Shown: positions 1 through 9,490 of the stretch, in pieces
Numbering within the stretch: the first letter of the stretch is position 1
Layout: each line of letters begins with the position of its first letter
Virus record (IMG/VR): IMGVR_UViG_3300008114_000011
From: a virus
Taxonomy: Duplodnaviria; Heunggongvirae; Uroviricota; Caudoviricetes
Strand: one strand, 5' to 3'
Length of the DNA stretch: 64,000 nucleotides
Notes under the pieces: generated by a model
The model's input: the letters and a program-made list of their open reading frames with translations, nothing else
Told to the model about the DNA's origin: nothing
The model's database searches: none
Made by a program: the position numbers and the translations under genes

Positions 1-2
1 CA

Positions 3-266
3 TTGAGTTTAATTCATAAACAACAAACATCATACATGAGTTGGATTGATGAATTTATAACTGTTCGTAGAAGTAATTATATAAAATTAATTCATAAGAA
101 ACTACACACAAAAGATCTTACTTATTATAATATAAAGGTTATTGAACACCCATTTGAAATTAATAAGTCCTATTATGATTTAGAATTATGTGGTAATATC
201 CAAATAATAACAAATATCATAAAAGAGAAAATAAGAGACATAAAATTAAATCAATTAGGAATATAA
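3..266 (+). CDS. small protein of the C-terminal KLNELGI-tail family (5' end at window edge, alt start TTG)
   Basis: ORF ends ...IRDIKLNQLGI, the family tail, followed by stop. Confidence 0.5.
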   Translation: MSLIHKQQTSYMSWIDEFITVRRSNYIKLIHKKLHTKDLTYYNIKVIEHPFEINKSYYDLELCGNIQIITNIIKEKIRDIKLNQLGI

Positions 267-277
267 TATATTGTCAC

Positions 278-991
278 ATGGAACATAATGAAAATATTCT
301 AAATAAAATTAGATCCAATATAAAAGACTTTTGGAGATTGATTTCTATCGAGAAAAGTAAAGTTAAAGATGATAAATATTATGATATTACTTACATAAGT
401 TTAGAGTATTATAATAACAAACCACAATTTACTATTGAGTGTGAAATGCTTGATATAAAAGCTGAAGTTCGTGATAGTCTTATAGACTTCATCTTAAAAA
501 CAGATAGAGAAGAACTACCATCATTTGATGTAGAAAGTATTATCTATACACAAGAACAACAAAAACGATTAGAAGAACTTAGAACTCCAACTAAACAATA
601 TAAGTTTGATTATCGTCAAGTTATTGAAGCAAAGAAAGAATATTCAAAGTCTTTTGAAATAGGAGACCCAGTACACTACAATGGACACTATGGTATTATA
701 ACATTCAAACACCAATATCTTGGTGGTAACCAACTATGGAGTGTTAAAGTAGGAGATACCGAACATAGATATGTAGATGGTGTTTGTTTACGTAAACGAA
801 AAAAAGAAGATCTTACTAATATTTCAATTGATAAAAAACTTGATAAACTCTCTACTGAAAGACTTTTAAAGATGTATAAAAGAAGTTTGTTTATAAATCA
901 AGGAAGAGGAAATCTAAAAATAAAAAGAATACTTAACGAACGCGAACACGTTCAAAAAGGAGAAACTAAAGTAATAAATCACAAACACTAA
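278..991 (+). CDS. hypothetical protein (237 aa)
   Basis: long ORF with ATG start, tightly packed with neighbours. Confidence 0.55.
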   Translation: MEHNENILNKIRSNIKDFWRLISIEKSKVKDDKYYDITYISLEYYNNKPQFTIECEMLDIKAEVRDSLIDFILKTDREELPSFDVESIIYTQEQQKRLEELRTPTKQYKFDYRQVIEAKKEYSKSFEIGDPVHYNGHYGIITFKHQYLGGNQLWSVKVGDTEHRYVDGVCLRKRKKEDLTNISIDKKLDKLSTERLLKMYKRSLFINQGRGNLKIKRILNEREHVQKGETKVINHKH

Positions 992-1272
992 TGGAAAAAA
1001 TATTCTGTATAAAAACTTTTATATTATCAGGAACAGAAAACATTCTTGTAGAAGAAGGTAAATGGTATGTTGGTGAAGAGTTTATGAATAAAGTATATAG
1101 AATATTTGGTGAAGGTAAATCAACACCATCTGAATTAGTTATACCAGAACCAACAGGATTTAAAGTTGATGGTGTTGATATTTATGATAATTATATCGGT
1201 ATGTTTATGAAAGAACTATTCATAAACCATACCATGTTTAGAGATGAAAAACTTAATAAGATATTAGAATGA
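991..1272 (+). CDS. hypothetical small protein, degenerate tail (RDEKLNKILE)
   Basis: ORF; ATGA overlap with next gene. Confidence 0.5.
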   Translation: MEKIFCIKTFILSGTENILVEEGKWYVGEEFMNKVYRIFGEGKSTPSELVIPEPTGFKVDGVDIYDNYIGMFMKELFINHTMFRDEKLNKILE

Positions 1273-1499
1273 AAGTTATTTGTATAGATGATTATGACTT
1301 AGCTGGACGTAAAGTAAAACTAACACCAGGTAAAATATATAATGTTGATTCAAATAAAAACGGTTATTTATTTGATAAAGATAAAGGAGCATGGGTCGTA
1401 ACAAATGATGCTGGTATACAAAGATGGTATTACAAGGATGTTTTAATGCCACTAGAAAAATGGAGAGAAATTAGAATAAAAGAATTGGGAATATCCTAG
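1269..1499 (+). CDS. MKVICI-type small protein with C-terminal EWREIRIKELGI tail
   Basis: N-terminal MKVICI..LTPGKIYNV core and C-terminal family tail. Confidence 0.7.
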   Translation: MKVICIDDYDLAGRKVKLTPGKIYNVDSNKNGYLFDKDKGAWVVTNDAGIQRWYYKDVLMPLEKWREIRIKELGIS

Positions 1500-1507
1500 A
1501 AAATTAT

Positions 1508-1515
1508 TATATTTG
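1508..1515 (+). promoter_or_regulatory. Bacteroidetes-type -7 promoter box TAnnTTTG
   Basis: TATATTTG ~20 nt upstream of ATG 1534. Confidence 0.4.
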
Positions 1516-1533
1516 TTATAAAATCTAAAGAAT

Positions 1534-1986
1534 ATGGAAAAAACACCAATGCAACAACTTATCGATAAGATAGAACTTTATGACCAAAGAGGTGGTATTA
1601 ATATGCCTACACTTAAAGCAGTATTACAATCCTATCTTAGATTAGAAACTGAGTATTTAGAAAAACTAAAAGAAAATCAAACATCTAATATCAGTGAAGA
1701 TGCTTCTTTACTTATTGATAAGATAGATAAAGCAATTCAAAAGTTCGGCACTTACAGTTATGATGATAAAGGACCACATGAAGTAATGAACATGAATGAT
1801 ATCATAAAATTTCTAAAAAACAAACCTTTAAAAGAAATTGGTAAGATCCTATCCGAAGTATTAGACAACTACTCCAATTACTCAAGAGCATCTTATTTTG
1901 TTAATACTGTTATAGGAGAGTTTGATTATCTTCCTGAAGAAGAGTTTGAGCAATTACTTGATTGTGATAAAAGATTTGAATACTAA
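1534..1986 (+). CDS. hypothetical protein; N-terminus paralogous to 11292..11528
   Basis: MEKTPMQQLIDKIELYDQRGGINMPTLKAVLQSYL vs MADKTPMEQLIDKIDLYDKNGGINMFTLKDVLQSYL; TAnnTTTG box at 1508. Confidence 0.6.
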   Translation: MEKTPMQQLIDKIELYDQRGGINMPTLKAVLQSYLRLETEYLEKLKENQTSNISEDASLLIDKIDKAIQKFGTYSYDDKGPHEVMNMNDIIKFLKNKPLKEIGKILSEVLDNYSNYSRASYFVNTVIGEFDYLPEEEFEQLLDCDKRFEY

Positions 1987-1990
1987 GAAT

Positions 1991-2386
1991 ATGAAAGTAC
2001 TGACAGCAGAATTAGTGGCATCAAACAGAAGAGAAAAAATATCTGGTGGTGTTTATATTGAATTCGAAACCACAGAGAATGTTAAGAAAGGCGATTACTT
2101 TAAAGTAAGAGTTGGTAATGATAATTATGACTTCAAAGCAACTGGTATTAAAGTAATTGGTGAGAAACTAATGATAACAGCTAAAGAGGTTGGTTATTGG
2201 GCATGGAAACTCGAAGATAAACCAGAGATACAAAATATAATTCTATGGGATGATTCTATGGATGTGTATGGTGTTTGGGATAAAATGCCAAATTGGAAAG
2301 AACTATTAGTGGCTTATAGAAAAACCATTTGGTTTAGTAAGAGCTTAGAAGATAAGAGAGATCAATTATTAAGGACGATATTATGA
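1991..2386 (+). CDS. hypothetical protein (probable ATG at 1991; ORF-track start 1922 overlaps upstream gene)
   Basis: ORF; internal ATG right after upstream stop. Confidence 0.5.
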   Translation: MKVLTAELVASNRREKISGGVYIEFETTENVKKGDYFKVRVGNDNYDFKATGIKVIGEKLMITAKEVGYWAWKLEDKPEIQNIILWDDSMDVYGVWDKMPNWKELLVAYRKTIWFSKSLEDKRDQLLRTIL

Positions 2387-2727
2387 GTTTAGAAGATTGT
2401 TTTAACACACCATTTTTTGATTGGGTAATTGATAGTAATTATCCAAAATCAATTAAGTATTGGGATAAAATAACACATTCATTTAATAAAATGCCTCAAA
2501 GCACTCAGAAAGAATTAGAAGATGATATAGTTAAAGGAGCATTAGAAGAAATATATGATGTTCTTAAAAGAGAACCTCTTGCTGATTACTTCTGGTATAC
2601 CCATGATGGTAAACTAACTTGGACTACACCAGATTCTAAACTCGCACCTGGAGATTCATTAAGAATTAATAAAGAAAAGATTAAAGCCTTTTTTAGAGAA
2701 GAAAAATTAAATCAATTATTATCATGA
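2383..2727 (+). CDS. small protein with variant family tail (REEKLNQLLS)
   Basis: ATGA overlaps both sides; C-terminal tail variant. Confidence 0.55.
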   Translation: MSLEDCFNTPFFDWVIDSNYPKSIKYWDKITHSFNKMPQSTQKELEDDIVKGALEEIYDVLKREPLADYFWYTHDGKLTWTTPDSKLAPGDSLRINKEKIKAFFREEKLNQLLS

Positions 2728-3110
2728 ATGTCTTAAAAACCAAGAATCTAAAGTTAGAAATGATAGAAAGAATTCTAAGCTATTTAGATAGAAACAATAA
2801 ATTAAAAATAAGTGGAGATGATTTAATGGGTTATAAACCTAATCTTTACTTATTCAGTAATCCGGTTATGCCATTCATTATAACTAATATCTACTTTAAA
2901 GGAGATGTTTTAAATATAGATATTAAATCTAATGATGATTTCTATAATTATCATAATAAACCCATCTTAGAAACCATAGAAATATCACATAAAGAAGAAT
3001 GTTATAGATTGAAGTCTGACTTAAAATACTTATTAAGTATTAAAGCTCTTAGGAGTTTAGAAGGAATATTATATACAAATCATATTAGATATGAAAGTAC
3101 TTTGTATTAA
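2724..3110 (+). CDS. hypothetical protein
   Basis: ORF in coupled array. Confidence 0.5.
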   Translation: MNVLKTKNLKLEMIERILSYLDRNNKLKISGDDLMGYKPNLYLFSNPVMPFIITNIYFKGDVLNIDIKSNDDFYNYHNKPILETIEISHKEECYRLKSDLKYLLSIKALRSLEGILYTNHIRYESTLY

Positions 3111-3306
3111 TAATGATGATGTTAGTTCTATAACAGTTGGTAAGTGGTATAGAATTGCCGACCCCAAAGTATTTACTGAACAATTTAAGAATGGTAAATA
3201 TATAATATGTGATGATAAACATCGTTGGATTACTATAAGTCAAGATTTTTTTAAAACCATACAACAAATTAGAGAAGAAAAACTAAATGAATTAGGAATA
3301 TGTTAA
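3091..3306 (+). CDS. MKVLCI-type small protein with REEKLNELGI tail
   Basis: family N-core and C-tail. Confidence 0.7.
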   Translation: MKVLCINNDDVSSITVGKWYRIADPKVFTEQFKNGKYIICDDKHRWITISQDFFKTIQQIREEKLNELGIC

Positions 3307-3749
3307 TAGTTATTATATGTTTGTCTATAGCACTGGTAATCTCTGCTATAACCATATCAAACCTCCTTGATAAAAACACTACACTCAGAACAGAATTAGA
3401 TTCTGCTAAAAAGGTAGTTGTAAAAGAAAAAGAGATATTTGATATAATGCCTGGTGATACTGGGATAATAAAGGACTATGGGATTGTAAACACCAACCCG
3501 AAAAGAGATCCTGTTAAAATAGAATATAAAGTAACTTATGAGGTAACCATCTTAGAAGTATCAAAAGATAGTGTTAAGGTTACTGCTACTGATTTCTCTT
3601 CATTTGATCTTTATCCAAGAGATCCTAATAACAGACCTAGTATAATTAACTTTATGAAAGAGAAGTGGATAGATAAGAGAATAGTAGAGATAGTTGTTGA
3701 TCAGAAAAAGATCAGAGATAGAAAATTATCAGAATTAGGAATAGAATAA
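3300..3749 (+). CDS. membrane-anchored small protein with RDRKLSELGI tail
   Basis: N-terminal hydrophobic helix; family tail. Confidence 0.6.
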   Translation: MLIVIICLSIALVISAITISNLLDKNTTLRTELDSAKKVVVKEKEIFDIMPGDTGIIKDYGIVNTNPKRDPVKIEYKVTYEVTILEVSKDSVKVTATDFSSFDLYPRDPNNRPSIINFMKEKWIDKRIVEIVVDQKKIRDRKLSELGIE

Positions 3750-3759
3750 ATATAAAATA

Positions 3760-3978
3760 ATGGGAAGTGGACTAGATAAAATGTATGATGATTACGACGA
3801 CTATCAATACATTTGTAAAAATTTAGGTGAGAAATCAACTCGTGGTTACACCGAGTTCCGTTCACATGAAACTCAGGTTTTAAGAAAACACGGGTTTAAA
3901 AGTAAATATGATTATTTTGATTATTTACACAAACAAGAAGAACGAGATAAAAAGATAGAGAATATACTTAAAAGATGA
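3760..3978 (+). CDS. hypothetical small protein
   Basis: ORF. Confidence 0.45.
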   Translation: MGSGLDKMYDDYDDYQYICKNLGEKSTRGYTEFRSHETQVLRKHGFKSKYDYFDYLHKQEERDKKIENILKR

Positions 3979-4142
3979 AAATATTTAATAACCTATTATA
4001 CTTAATCGTCATATCTTTTTGGTTTTTTTGTATAATTTTTGTATCATTTATATATTTAATGACACCTAAAAAGTATAAAGATTCTCTTAGAAGAAAATTA
4101 AAGATTTTTATAAATGATTAAAAGAATTTTAATATATAACTA

Positions 4143-4403
4143 ATGAAGTATATTAAAAATTTTAAGATGCTAAAAGAGCAATCTCATAAAGAGTTGCTTT
4201 CATTAAGTGAATTAAGAAAAAAATATCCAGAAGCAGTATTGACAATGGATACTAAACCTGGAGGTTATTTCGTTAGAGTGGATATAAAGACACAAGGTGG
4301 TGAACTGAAGTATATTGGTTCTCTTAGAGGAACTGTCTCAAAAGAGAAAGCTTTAGAGTTTCTTAATTCAACAATTGATGATAATTACGATAAGTATTAC
4401 TAA
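4143..4403 (+). CDS. hypothetical small protein (N-term MKYIKNFKML)
   Basis: ORF after AT-rich intergenic. Confidence 0.5.
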   Translation: MKYIKNFKMLKEQSHKELLSLSELRKKYPEAVLTMDTKPGGYFVRVDIKTQGGELKYIGSLRGTVSKEKALEFLNSTIDDNYDKYY

Positions 4404-4413
4404 AAAATAAATA

Positions 4414-4692
4414 ATGATTATGAAATATTTACACAGATATAACGAAAGTAATGAAAATTTAGAAGGAGTTGCTCTTAAATTATATCCACCAGATCTATAT
4501 GAAGGAGATTATGGTAGCACCGAAGATTATAATAAAGATGTTAGAAATGCTTTCAAAGCTGGTGCTAAATGGCAATCAGAAAAAATGTACACCGAAGAAG
4601 ATATGAAACAATTTGGTTTATACTTAGGTGACAACCTTAAAAATTTAAAAGGTAAAACTATTGACGAGATTTTTGAAGAATTTATAAAGTAA
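4414..4692 (+). CDS. hypothetical small protein (N-term MIMKYLHRYNESNENL)
   Basis: ORF; N-terminus resembles shared MKYLKxFNE leader. Confidence 0.5.
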   Translation: MIMKYLHRYNESNENLEGVALKLYPPDLYEGDYGSTEDYNKDVRNAFKAGAKWQSEKMYTEEDMKQFGLYLGDNLKNLKGKTIDEIFEEFIK

Positions 4693-4697
4693 ATCAT

Positions 4698-4922
4698 ATG
4701 AAAGCTATTTGTATAAACGAATACGTCGGTGATACTTATATGGAACTAACTTTAGGTAAGATCTATAATGTCGTTAAAAAAGCTAAAGAAATAAAATTCC
4801 CGGATGATAAAATGAGATTCTTTATTATTAACGATGCTGGATATGGATCATACTATACGAGAAGAGTTATAATTCCATTAGATGAATGGAGAGAGAAACA
4901 ATTAAATGAATTAGGAATATGA
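4698..4922 (+). CDS. MKAICI-type small protein with EWREKQLNELGI tail
   Basis: family core LTLGKIYNV and tail. Confidence 0.7.
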   Translation: MKAICINEYVGDTYMELTLGKIYNVVKKAKEIKFPDDKMRFFIINDAGYGSYYTRRVIIPLDEWREKQLNELGI

Positions 4923-5140
4923 AAGCAATCTGCATAAGAAAATCCCACCCTGGATACTGCAAATGGGACCTCACCCCAGGAAAGGCCTACGACGTGCTGG
5001 AACAGGGGAAAGACAACAACACCGAAGAGCCGATCTACCTAATACAGGACGACGAGGGAAACACATACTGGTACAGCAAGATCACGGTGATGCCGATAGA
5101 TGAATGGAGAGAGAAAAGGCTAAAAGAGATAGGAATATGA
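4919..5140 (+). CDS. MKAICI-type family member with EWREKRLKEIGI tail, GC-rich codons
   Basis: family motifs; markedly higher GC than flanks. Confidence 0.7.
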   Translation: MKAICIRKSHPGYCKWDLTPGKAYDVLEQGKDNNTEEPIYLIQDDEGNTYWYSKITVMPIDEWREKRLKEIGI

Positions 5141-5189
5141 AAAAGATATTCATCTATAAAGTGAGACATATTGATTCAAAAAAGGAAGA

Positions 5190-5432
5190 ATGAAAGTTAT
5201 TTGTATAAACAACCATATGGATCAGATTCCACTTACTATGGGAAAAGTCTATGATATCAAACAAAGATTTTATAGATATGATTTTTCAAATATGAAATCT
5301 TTGTTTGATATAGAAGGAAAAGAACATTTTTCTATAAAGAACAACAAAGGTAAGGAATCTTGGTATACTAGAGAAGAAGTAGTTCCACTAGAAGAGTGGA
5401 GAGAAATTAAACTTAATGATTTATTAAAGTAG
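5190..5432 (+). CDS. MKVICI-type family member (tail EWREIKLNDLLK)
   Basis: family motifs. Confidence 0.65.
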   Translation: MKVICINNHMDQIPLTMGKVYDIKQRFYRYDFSNMKSLFDIEGKEHFSIKNNKGKESWYTREEVVPLEEWREIKLNDLLK

Positions 5433-5434
5433 TT

Positions 5435-5626
5435 ATGGAAATAAAATTTATTGAAAGTCACTCCTTCTTAGGGGAAGAAATGACTATGATAGTTAATGGT
5501 AATCATCACCGTTTAGAAATGAATAGGATGACATATGCTCAACATGCTGTAAAGATATTGAAAGATATTTATGATATTGATTTCAAACTAGAAGATGTTA
5601 AGTTTGAATGGGATGGGTATTTATAA
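5435..5626 (+). CDS. hypothetical small protein
   Basis: ORF. Confidence 0.4.
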   Translation: MEIKFIESHSFLGEEMTMIVNGNHHRLEMNRMTYAQHAVKILKDIYDIDFKLEDVKFEWDGYL

Positions 5627-5659
5627 AAAATTTGTTAATCACTAAAAAGAATTAGGAAT

Positions 5660-5887
5660 ATGAGAACATATGAAGAGTTAGTACCAGAGTTTGCTAGTAA
5701 AGGTAGAGAAGAGAAACAGAAATGGATTGATGAACTACCCATAGAAGAAATTAAAGTTCTTATAAATGGATTGAAGGGTGTTGCTTACACTGGTATATGG
5801 GATTCTTGGATTGAGTATATGGAAATGATTATACTTATAAAGATTGAATTGGAAAGAGAAAGGAAACTAAATGAACTTGGTATATGA
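5660..5887 (+). CDS. small protein with RERKLNELGI tail
   Basis: family tail; ATGA coupling. Confidence 0.65.
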   Translation: MRTYEELVPEFASKGREEKQKWIDELPIEEIKVLINGLKGVAYTGIWDSWIEYMEMIILIKIELERERKLNELGI

Positions 5888-6231
5888 TGTTAGAAGACTT
5901 TTTAAAATTTGTAAAAGATATTGGATTCACTCTCACTATTATAAGAGATGAGTTTATCTACCTTTCTTATGGAAGATACACGATAACCATATACAATCCG
6001 GAAGAACATAGTGGATTCGAAAAAAGATATAGTCTGGGGTTTAAAAAAAATGAACACAACGTTACATATATCACAAGTGGTTCCGAAACAACTTTGAGTA
6101 GGACTACCATTTGGCTTGGCGAAAAAGTCACGTCTAACAAGATAAACTTCAAATTAGATGACTTTGAAGTACTTGAAAATGAATTCAAAGATATTATTAG
6201 AGAAAGGAAACTAAATGAACTTGGTATATGA
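5884..6231 (+). CDS. small protein with RERKLNELGI tail
   Basis: family tail. Confidence 0.65.
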   Translation: MMLEDFLKFVKDIGFTLTIIRDEFIYLSYGRYTITIYNPEEHSGFEKRYSLGFKKNEHNVTYITSGSETTLSRTTIWLGEKVTSNKINFKLDDFEVLENEFKDIIRERKLNELGI

Positions 6232-6470
6232 ATGAGTTTAGAATAGGAGATATCGTAGTATGTATAGAAGGTGGAACAAATATACCATTCTCAGAAGGGA
6301 GATATCTAACGGAAGGTAAACAATATGAGATACAATCACTTAAATATTTAAATGGTAGAACCTATATATTCATAATTAACGATAGAAGGGCCAGGGAGAT
6401 ATATGATGTGAAAAGGTTCCGAAATTTTCAGAGAGAAAGAGATAATAAACTAAATGAACTTGGTATATGA
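6228..6470 (+). CDS. SH3/KOW-like small protein (GDIVVCIEG) with RERDNKLNELGI tail
   Basis: family tail. Confidence 0.65.
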   Translation: MNEFRIGDIVVCIEGGTNIPFSEGRYLTEGKQYEIQSLKYLNGRTYIFIINDRRAREIYDVKRFRNFQRERDNKLNELGI

Positions 6471-6700
6471 AAGTAGGAGACTTAATAAAACCCATCAACG
6501 GATTTAAATTTGGTAAAGGTAAAATGGAAATAATACAGATAATACCAGATACTAATATATCATCCGGACGAATACTCGTGAAGTACCATAATAGATCTAC
6601 ATTAAATAGAGAACCTTTAATGTCCTGGGAAGCCGCAGATGAATTTGTAGTAGATGTGGAGAGAATGAGAGATGAGAAATTAAACGAATTAGGAATATGA
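6467..6700 (+). CDS. small protein (MKVGDLIKP) with RDEKLNELGI tail
   Basis: family tail. Confidence 0.65.
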   Translation: MKVGDLIKPINGFKFGKGKMEIIQIIPDTNISSGRILVKYHNRSTLNREPLMSWEAADEFVVDVERMRDEKLNELGI

Positions 6701-6948
6701 ACGTAGGAGATTGGGTTAAGATAAGAAACATGGTAATGAAACCACACATTAAAATGAGAATAATAGAAATGAGGAAATACGTCGATCCGAACACATCCAC
6801 CAACTTCGTTATCGATCAGGTTCGCGTGAGGTACTATGATAAATGGTGGGTCAACGGAAAGGATATGTCTGGCTGGGAAAATGCATACGAATACGAATTG
6901 GATGTGGAGACAATGAGAGAAGAGAAACTTAAAGAACTGGGTATATGA
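6697..6948 (+). CDS. small protein (MNVGDWVKI, DUF2158-like start) with REEKLKELGI tail
   Basis: family tail. Confidence 0.65.
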   Translation: MNVGDWVKIRNMVMKPHIKMRIIEMRKYVDPNTSTNFVIDQVRVRYYDKWWVNGKDMSGWENAYEYELDVETMREEKLKELGI

Positions 6949-7235
6949 AAGATTTAAGAATAAACCAATCAACATTCCCACTTAAAAATGGTGGCACTGG
7001 TGTAATAGCAATATTCATGTATGCCGGTGATGAAGATCCAAAACCTATATTAGAAGATGCTATAAGAAAATATACCGAAGGAACTGATAACTACGATACC
7101 TTTATTGATGCTCAAATGAATTGTCCATGGGTAAGAGTAATCATAAGTGGTATAAGTGAAATGGAACAAATGAATTTTAATGACTTTATAGTTCAATGGA
7201 GAAGAGATCAAAAACTAAATGAACTTGGAATATGA
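6945..7235 (+). CDS. small protein with RDQKLNELGI tail
   Basis: family tail. Confidence 0.65.
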   Translation: MKDLRINQSTFPLKNGGTGVIAIFMYAGDEDPKPILEDAIRKYTEGTDNYDTFIDAQMNCPWVRVIISGISEMEQMNFNDFIVQWRRDQKLNELGI

Positions 7236-7591
7236 TAAAAGTTAGGGCTATATTAAAAAGAACCGGTGAAGAATTTAACATAGATATAATAAGAACTTCT
7301 AAGGCAATGCCTGGTTCCATTACAATAAACGTTAGAGATTTAGAAAATAAACTAAATATTGTAAGTGTAAGATATGAAGAAGAAGAAAGACCAAAAGTTT
7401 GGAATGCCGACGGAACCCCTAAATATATTAGAATAGAAACTTTCCATGAGTTTAATAAATATTGGGATGTTATTTGGGTTGATGTTGATAGTTATGATAG
7501 ATTAGGATCTAATAAAGAAAGATATGAGATGATATATGGGAGCTTTAAAAGAATCATAAGAGATCAAAAGTTAAATGAGCTTGGTGTATGA
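7232..7591 (+). CDS. small protein with RDQKLNELGV tail
   Basis: family tail. Confidence 0.65.
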   Translation: MIKVRAILKRTGEEFNIDIIRTSKAMPGSITINVRDLENKLNIVSVRYEEEERPKVWNADGTPKYIRIETFHEFNKYWDVIWVDVDSYDRLGSNKERYEMIYGSFKRIIRDQKLNELGV

Positions 7592-7782
7592 ACGATTTAC
7601 CGAATGATTTCGAAGAACTTATGAAAATTCTCTCAAAAAAGAGAAGTTCCGAACGTGATAAGAATAGGATAAAAGAAATCGATGATTTGACGAAATCATT
7701 TAGAGAGATGAGGTCAAAGAACAATTCTTTAAAAAGAAAGGGGTTTATTGAGAAGATTTTCCTATATTTGTATAAACATTAA
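7588..7782 (+). CDS. hypothetical small basic protein
   Basis: ORF coupled by ATGA. Confidence 0.4.
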   Translation: MNDLPNDFEELMKILSKKRSSERDKNRIKEIDDLTKSFREMRSKNNSLKRKGFIEKIFLYLYKH

Positions 7783-7787
7783 AGGAT

Positions 7788-8084
7788 ATGAGTAATTCTA
7801 AGAAGAAATCTTTAGAAAAGATAAGATTAAAAAATAGATACTTATCTGATCTTCATAAAAAACAGAATGAAGATTTTATGAAAAGTATAGGTAAAAATAT
7901 AGGTGAGTTTGTAACTTGTAAAAAAAGTCTTAAAGCACCTGGATTACTTGGTGGTTTCACAAAAGGTATATCATATAAAATACTTGGCTTTTGTGGTGAA
8001 CATGTTTGTTTATTAGATGATGAGAATAAAGAATATGATTCCATGGATTTATCCTTAAATTATTATAAAGAGTATTTTTATTAA
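7788..8084 (+). CDS. hypothetical small protein
   Basis: ORF. Confidence 0.45.
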   Translation: MSNSKKKSLEKIRLKNRYLSDLHKKQNEDFMKSIGKNIGEFVTCKKSLKAPGLLGGFTKGISYKILGFCGEHVCLLDDENKEYDSMDLSLNYYKEYFY

Positions 8085-8096
8085 ACAAAGACTAAT

Positions 8097-8318
8097 ATGA
8101 TAACAGAATACTCAACAACCGAACCAATAGTTACTAAAAGAGATATTATTAGATTAACCGTAAATATCATTCCGGTTGACTTTTATGTAGATGAAATAAT
8201 AGATGGAATTCCACAAATAAGTATTCTATTACCTTATCTCAATAATGTTGAATATACAGAGTATAGATTAGGAGCTACTCAACCTTTAAGAACAGGACAA
8301 GAATATGAAAAACTATAA
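8097..8318 (+). CDS. hypothetical small protein
   Basis: ORF. Confidence 0.4.
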   Translation: MITEYSTTEPIVTKRDIIRLTVNIIPVDFYVDEIIDGIPQISILLPYLNNVEYTEYRLGATQPLRTGQEYEKL

Positions 8319-8344
8319 CACATAATTTACTTTTAATATGGTTT

Positions 8345-8569
8345 ATGAAAGAAGGTGATATTGTTTTTTGTATTGATTCATCTGATCATGGTAAGAAACA
8401 GAAATTAACTTATGGTAAAGGATATACAATTAAAAGAATTGATAATTATAAATTAAATTCAAGTATATCCATTAAAAATGATAGTGGTGTAATTGGTATT
8501 TATAATTTTAATAGATTTATAACTCTCAAAGAATGGAGAGATAAGAAACTAAAAGAACTTGGGTTATGA
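8345..8569 (+). CDS. family member (LTYGKGYTI core, EWRDKKLKELGL tail)
   Basis: family motifs. Confidence 0.7.
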   Translation: MKEGDIVFCIDSSDHGKKQKLTYGKGYTIKRIDNYKLNSSISIKNDSGVIGIYNFNRFITLKEWRDKKLKELGL

Positions 8570-8835
8570 AAATGGTTTGTATAACAAATAAAATAAAAGG
8601 AAAAAACTTATCCAACCAATTAGTTGTTGGTAAAGAGTATGATTTCAAAGTGCAAGACTATGGTAGACTAACAAGTAATAGATATTGCTCTGTTTATTAC
8701 TATTGTACAAATGTTAGAGATAAATCAAATGCTTGGATAAGATTTACCGGTTCTGGTGGAGTTGATTGTATTTGGAGATGGTTTTCAACTAAACAGAATA
8801 TTAGAGATCAAAAACTAAAAGAGATTGGGATATGA
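8566..8835 (+). CDS. MKMVCI-type member with RDQKLKEIGI tail
   Basis: family motifs. Confidence 0.65.
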   Translation: MKMVCITNKIKGKNLSNQLVVGKEYDFKVQDYGRLTSNRYCSVYYYCTNVRDKSNAWIRFTGSGGVDCIWRWFSTKQNIRDQKLKEIGI

Positions 8836-9032
8836 ATGTAGATGAAGATTTACTAAGATATTTTATTATACATTCACAAGGAATTAAACACGACGGTCCT
8901 TTATTTGATATCAGATTACTTGGTAATTCAATTATGTTTAGACTGAATCCTAATAGTGGTGCTTATGGTGTTGATTATAACTACTATAAGAGTTTATTAA
9001 GAGATAAGAAACTAAAAAATCTTGGGATATGA
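8832..9032 (+). CDS. small protein with RDKKLKNLGI tail; shares ~70-nt near-identical segment with 15463-15535
   Basis: family tail; PLFDIRLLGNSIMFRLNPNS segment duplicated elsewhere. Confidence 0.65.
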   Translation: MNVDEDLLRYFIIHSQGIKHDGPLFDIRLLGNSIMFRLNPNSGAYGVDYNYYKSLLRDKKLKNLGI

Positions 9033-9247
9033 AAGAGATAAAGATTGGTACCAGATACCTTTGGATTGAAGATGGATATATCATAAGAGGAATTATAAAG
9101 GATATAAAAGAGAAAAACATAATCATACACTGGTATGGTAAGACAAACTATTCATACAAAATAGATTATTTTATGAATGAAACCAGAATACAGATGGATA
9201 AAGAGTATTATAGAGATCAGAAACTAAAAGATCTTCTGGGTATATAA
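9029..9247 (+). CDS. small protein with RDQKLKDLLGI tail
   Basis: family tail. Confidence 0.65.
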   Translation: MKEIKIGTRYLWIEDGYIIRGIIKDIKEKNIIIHWYGKTNYSYKIDYFMNETRIQMDKEYYRDQKLKDLLGI

Positions 9248-9262
9248 AAATAAAAACGAATT

Positions 9263-9481
9263 ATGAAGAAAGTAAAATGTAAACAATGTGATTGTGAAAT
9301 ATTTCATGAATATACATCAATAGAAAGTCTAAACACTGGCTTTTGGTCTAAAAAAAAGAAAGAGAAATATATATCTGAACTTGAACAGATACCATCAGAA
9401 ACATGTCATACTTCAATATATTTAACATGTGGTAATGGTCATTTCGATAATTACTTCTGTAATGTAGAAACTCGTGATTAA
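9263..9481 (+). CDS. Cys-rich small protein (CKQCDC..CHTS..CGNGH)
   Basis: ORF with zinc-ribbon-like cysteines. Confidence 0.45.
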   Translation: MKKVKCKQCDCEIFHEYTSIESLNTGFWSKKKKEKYISELEQIPSETCHTSIYLTCGNGHFDNYFCNVETRD

Positions 9482-9490
9482 ATTGGACTT

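Noticed and set aside
6376-6981. 201-aa minus-strand ORF antisense to four tail-family genes; also 6597..6803, 5967..6188, 5270..5461 and 3085..3267 (all minus)
   Set aside because: They lie antisense to tightly coupled plus-strand genes whose conservation (family tails) supports the plus frame. Their translations are low-complexity, F/L/I-rich and typical of AT-rich antisense.
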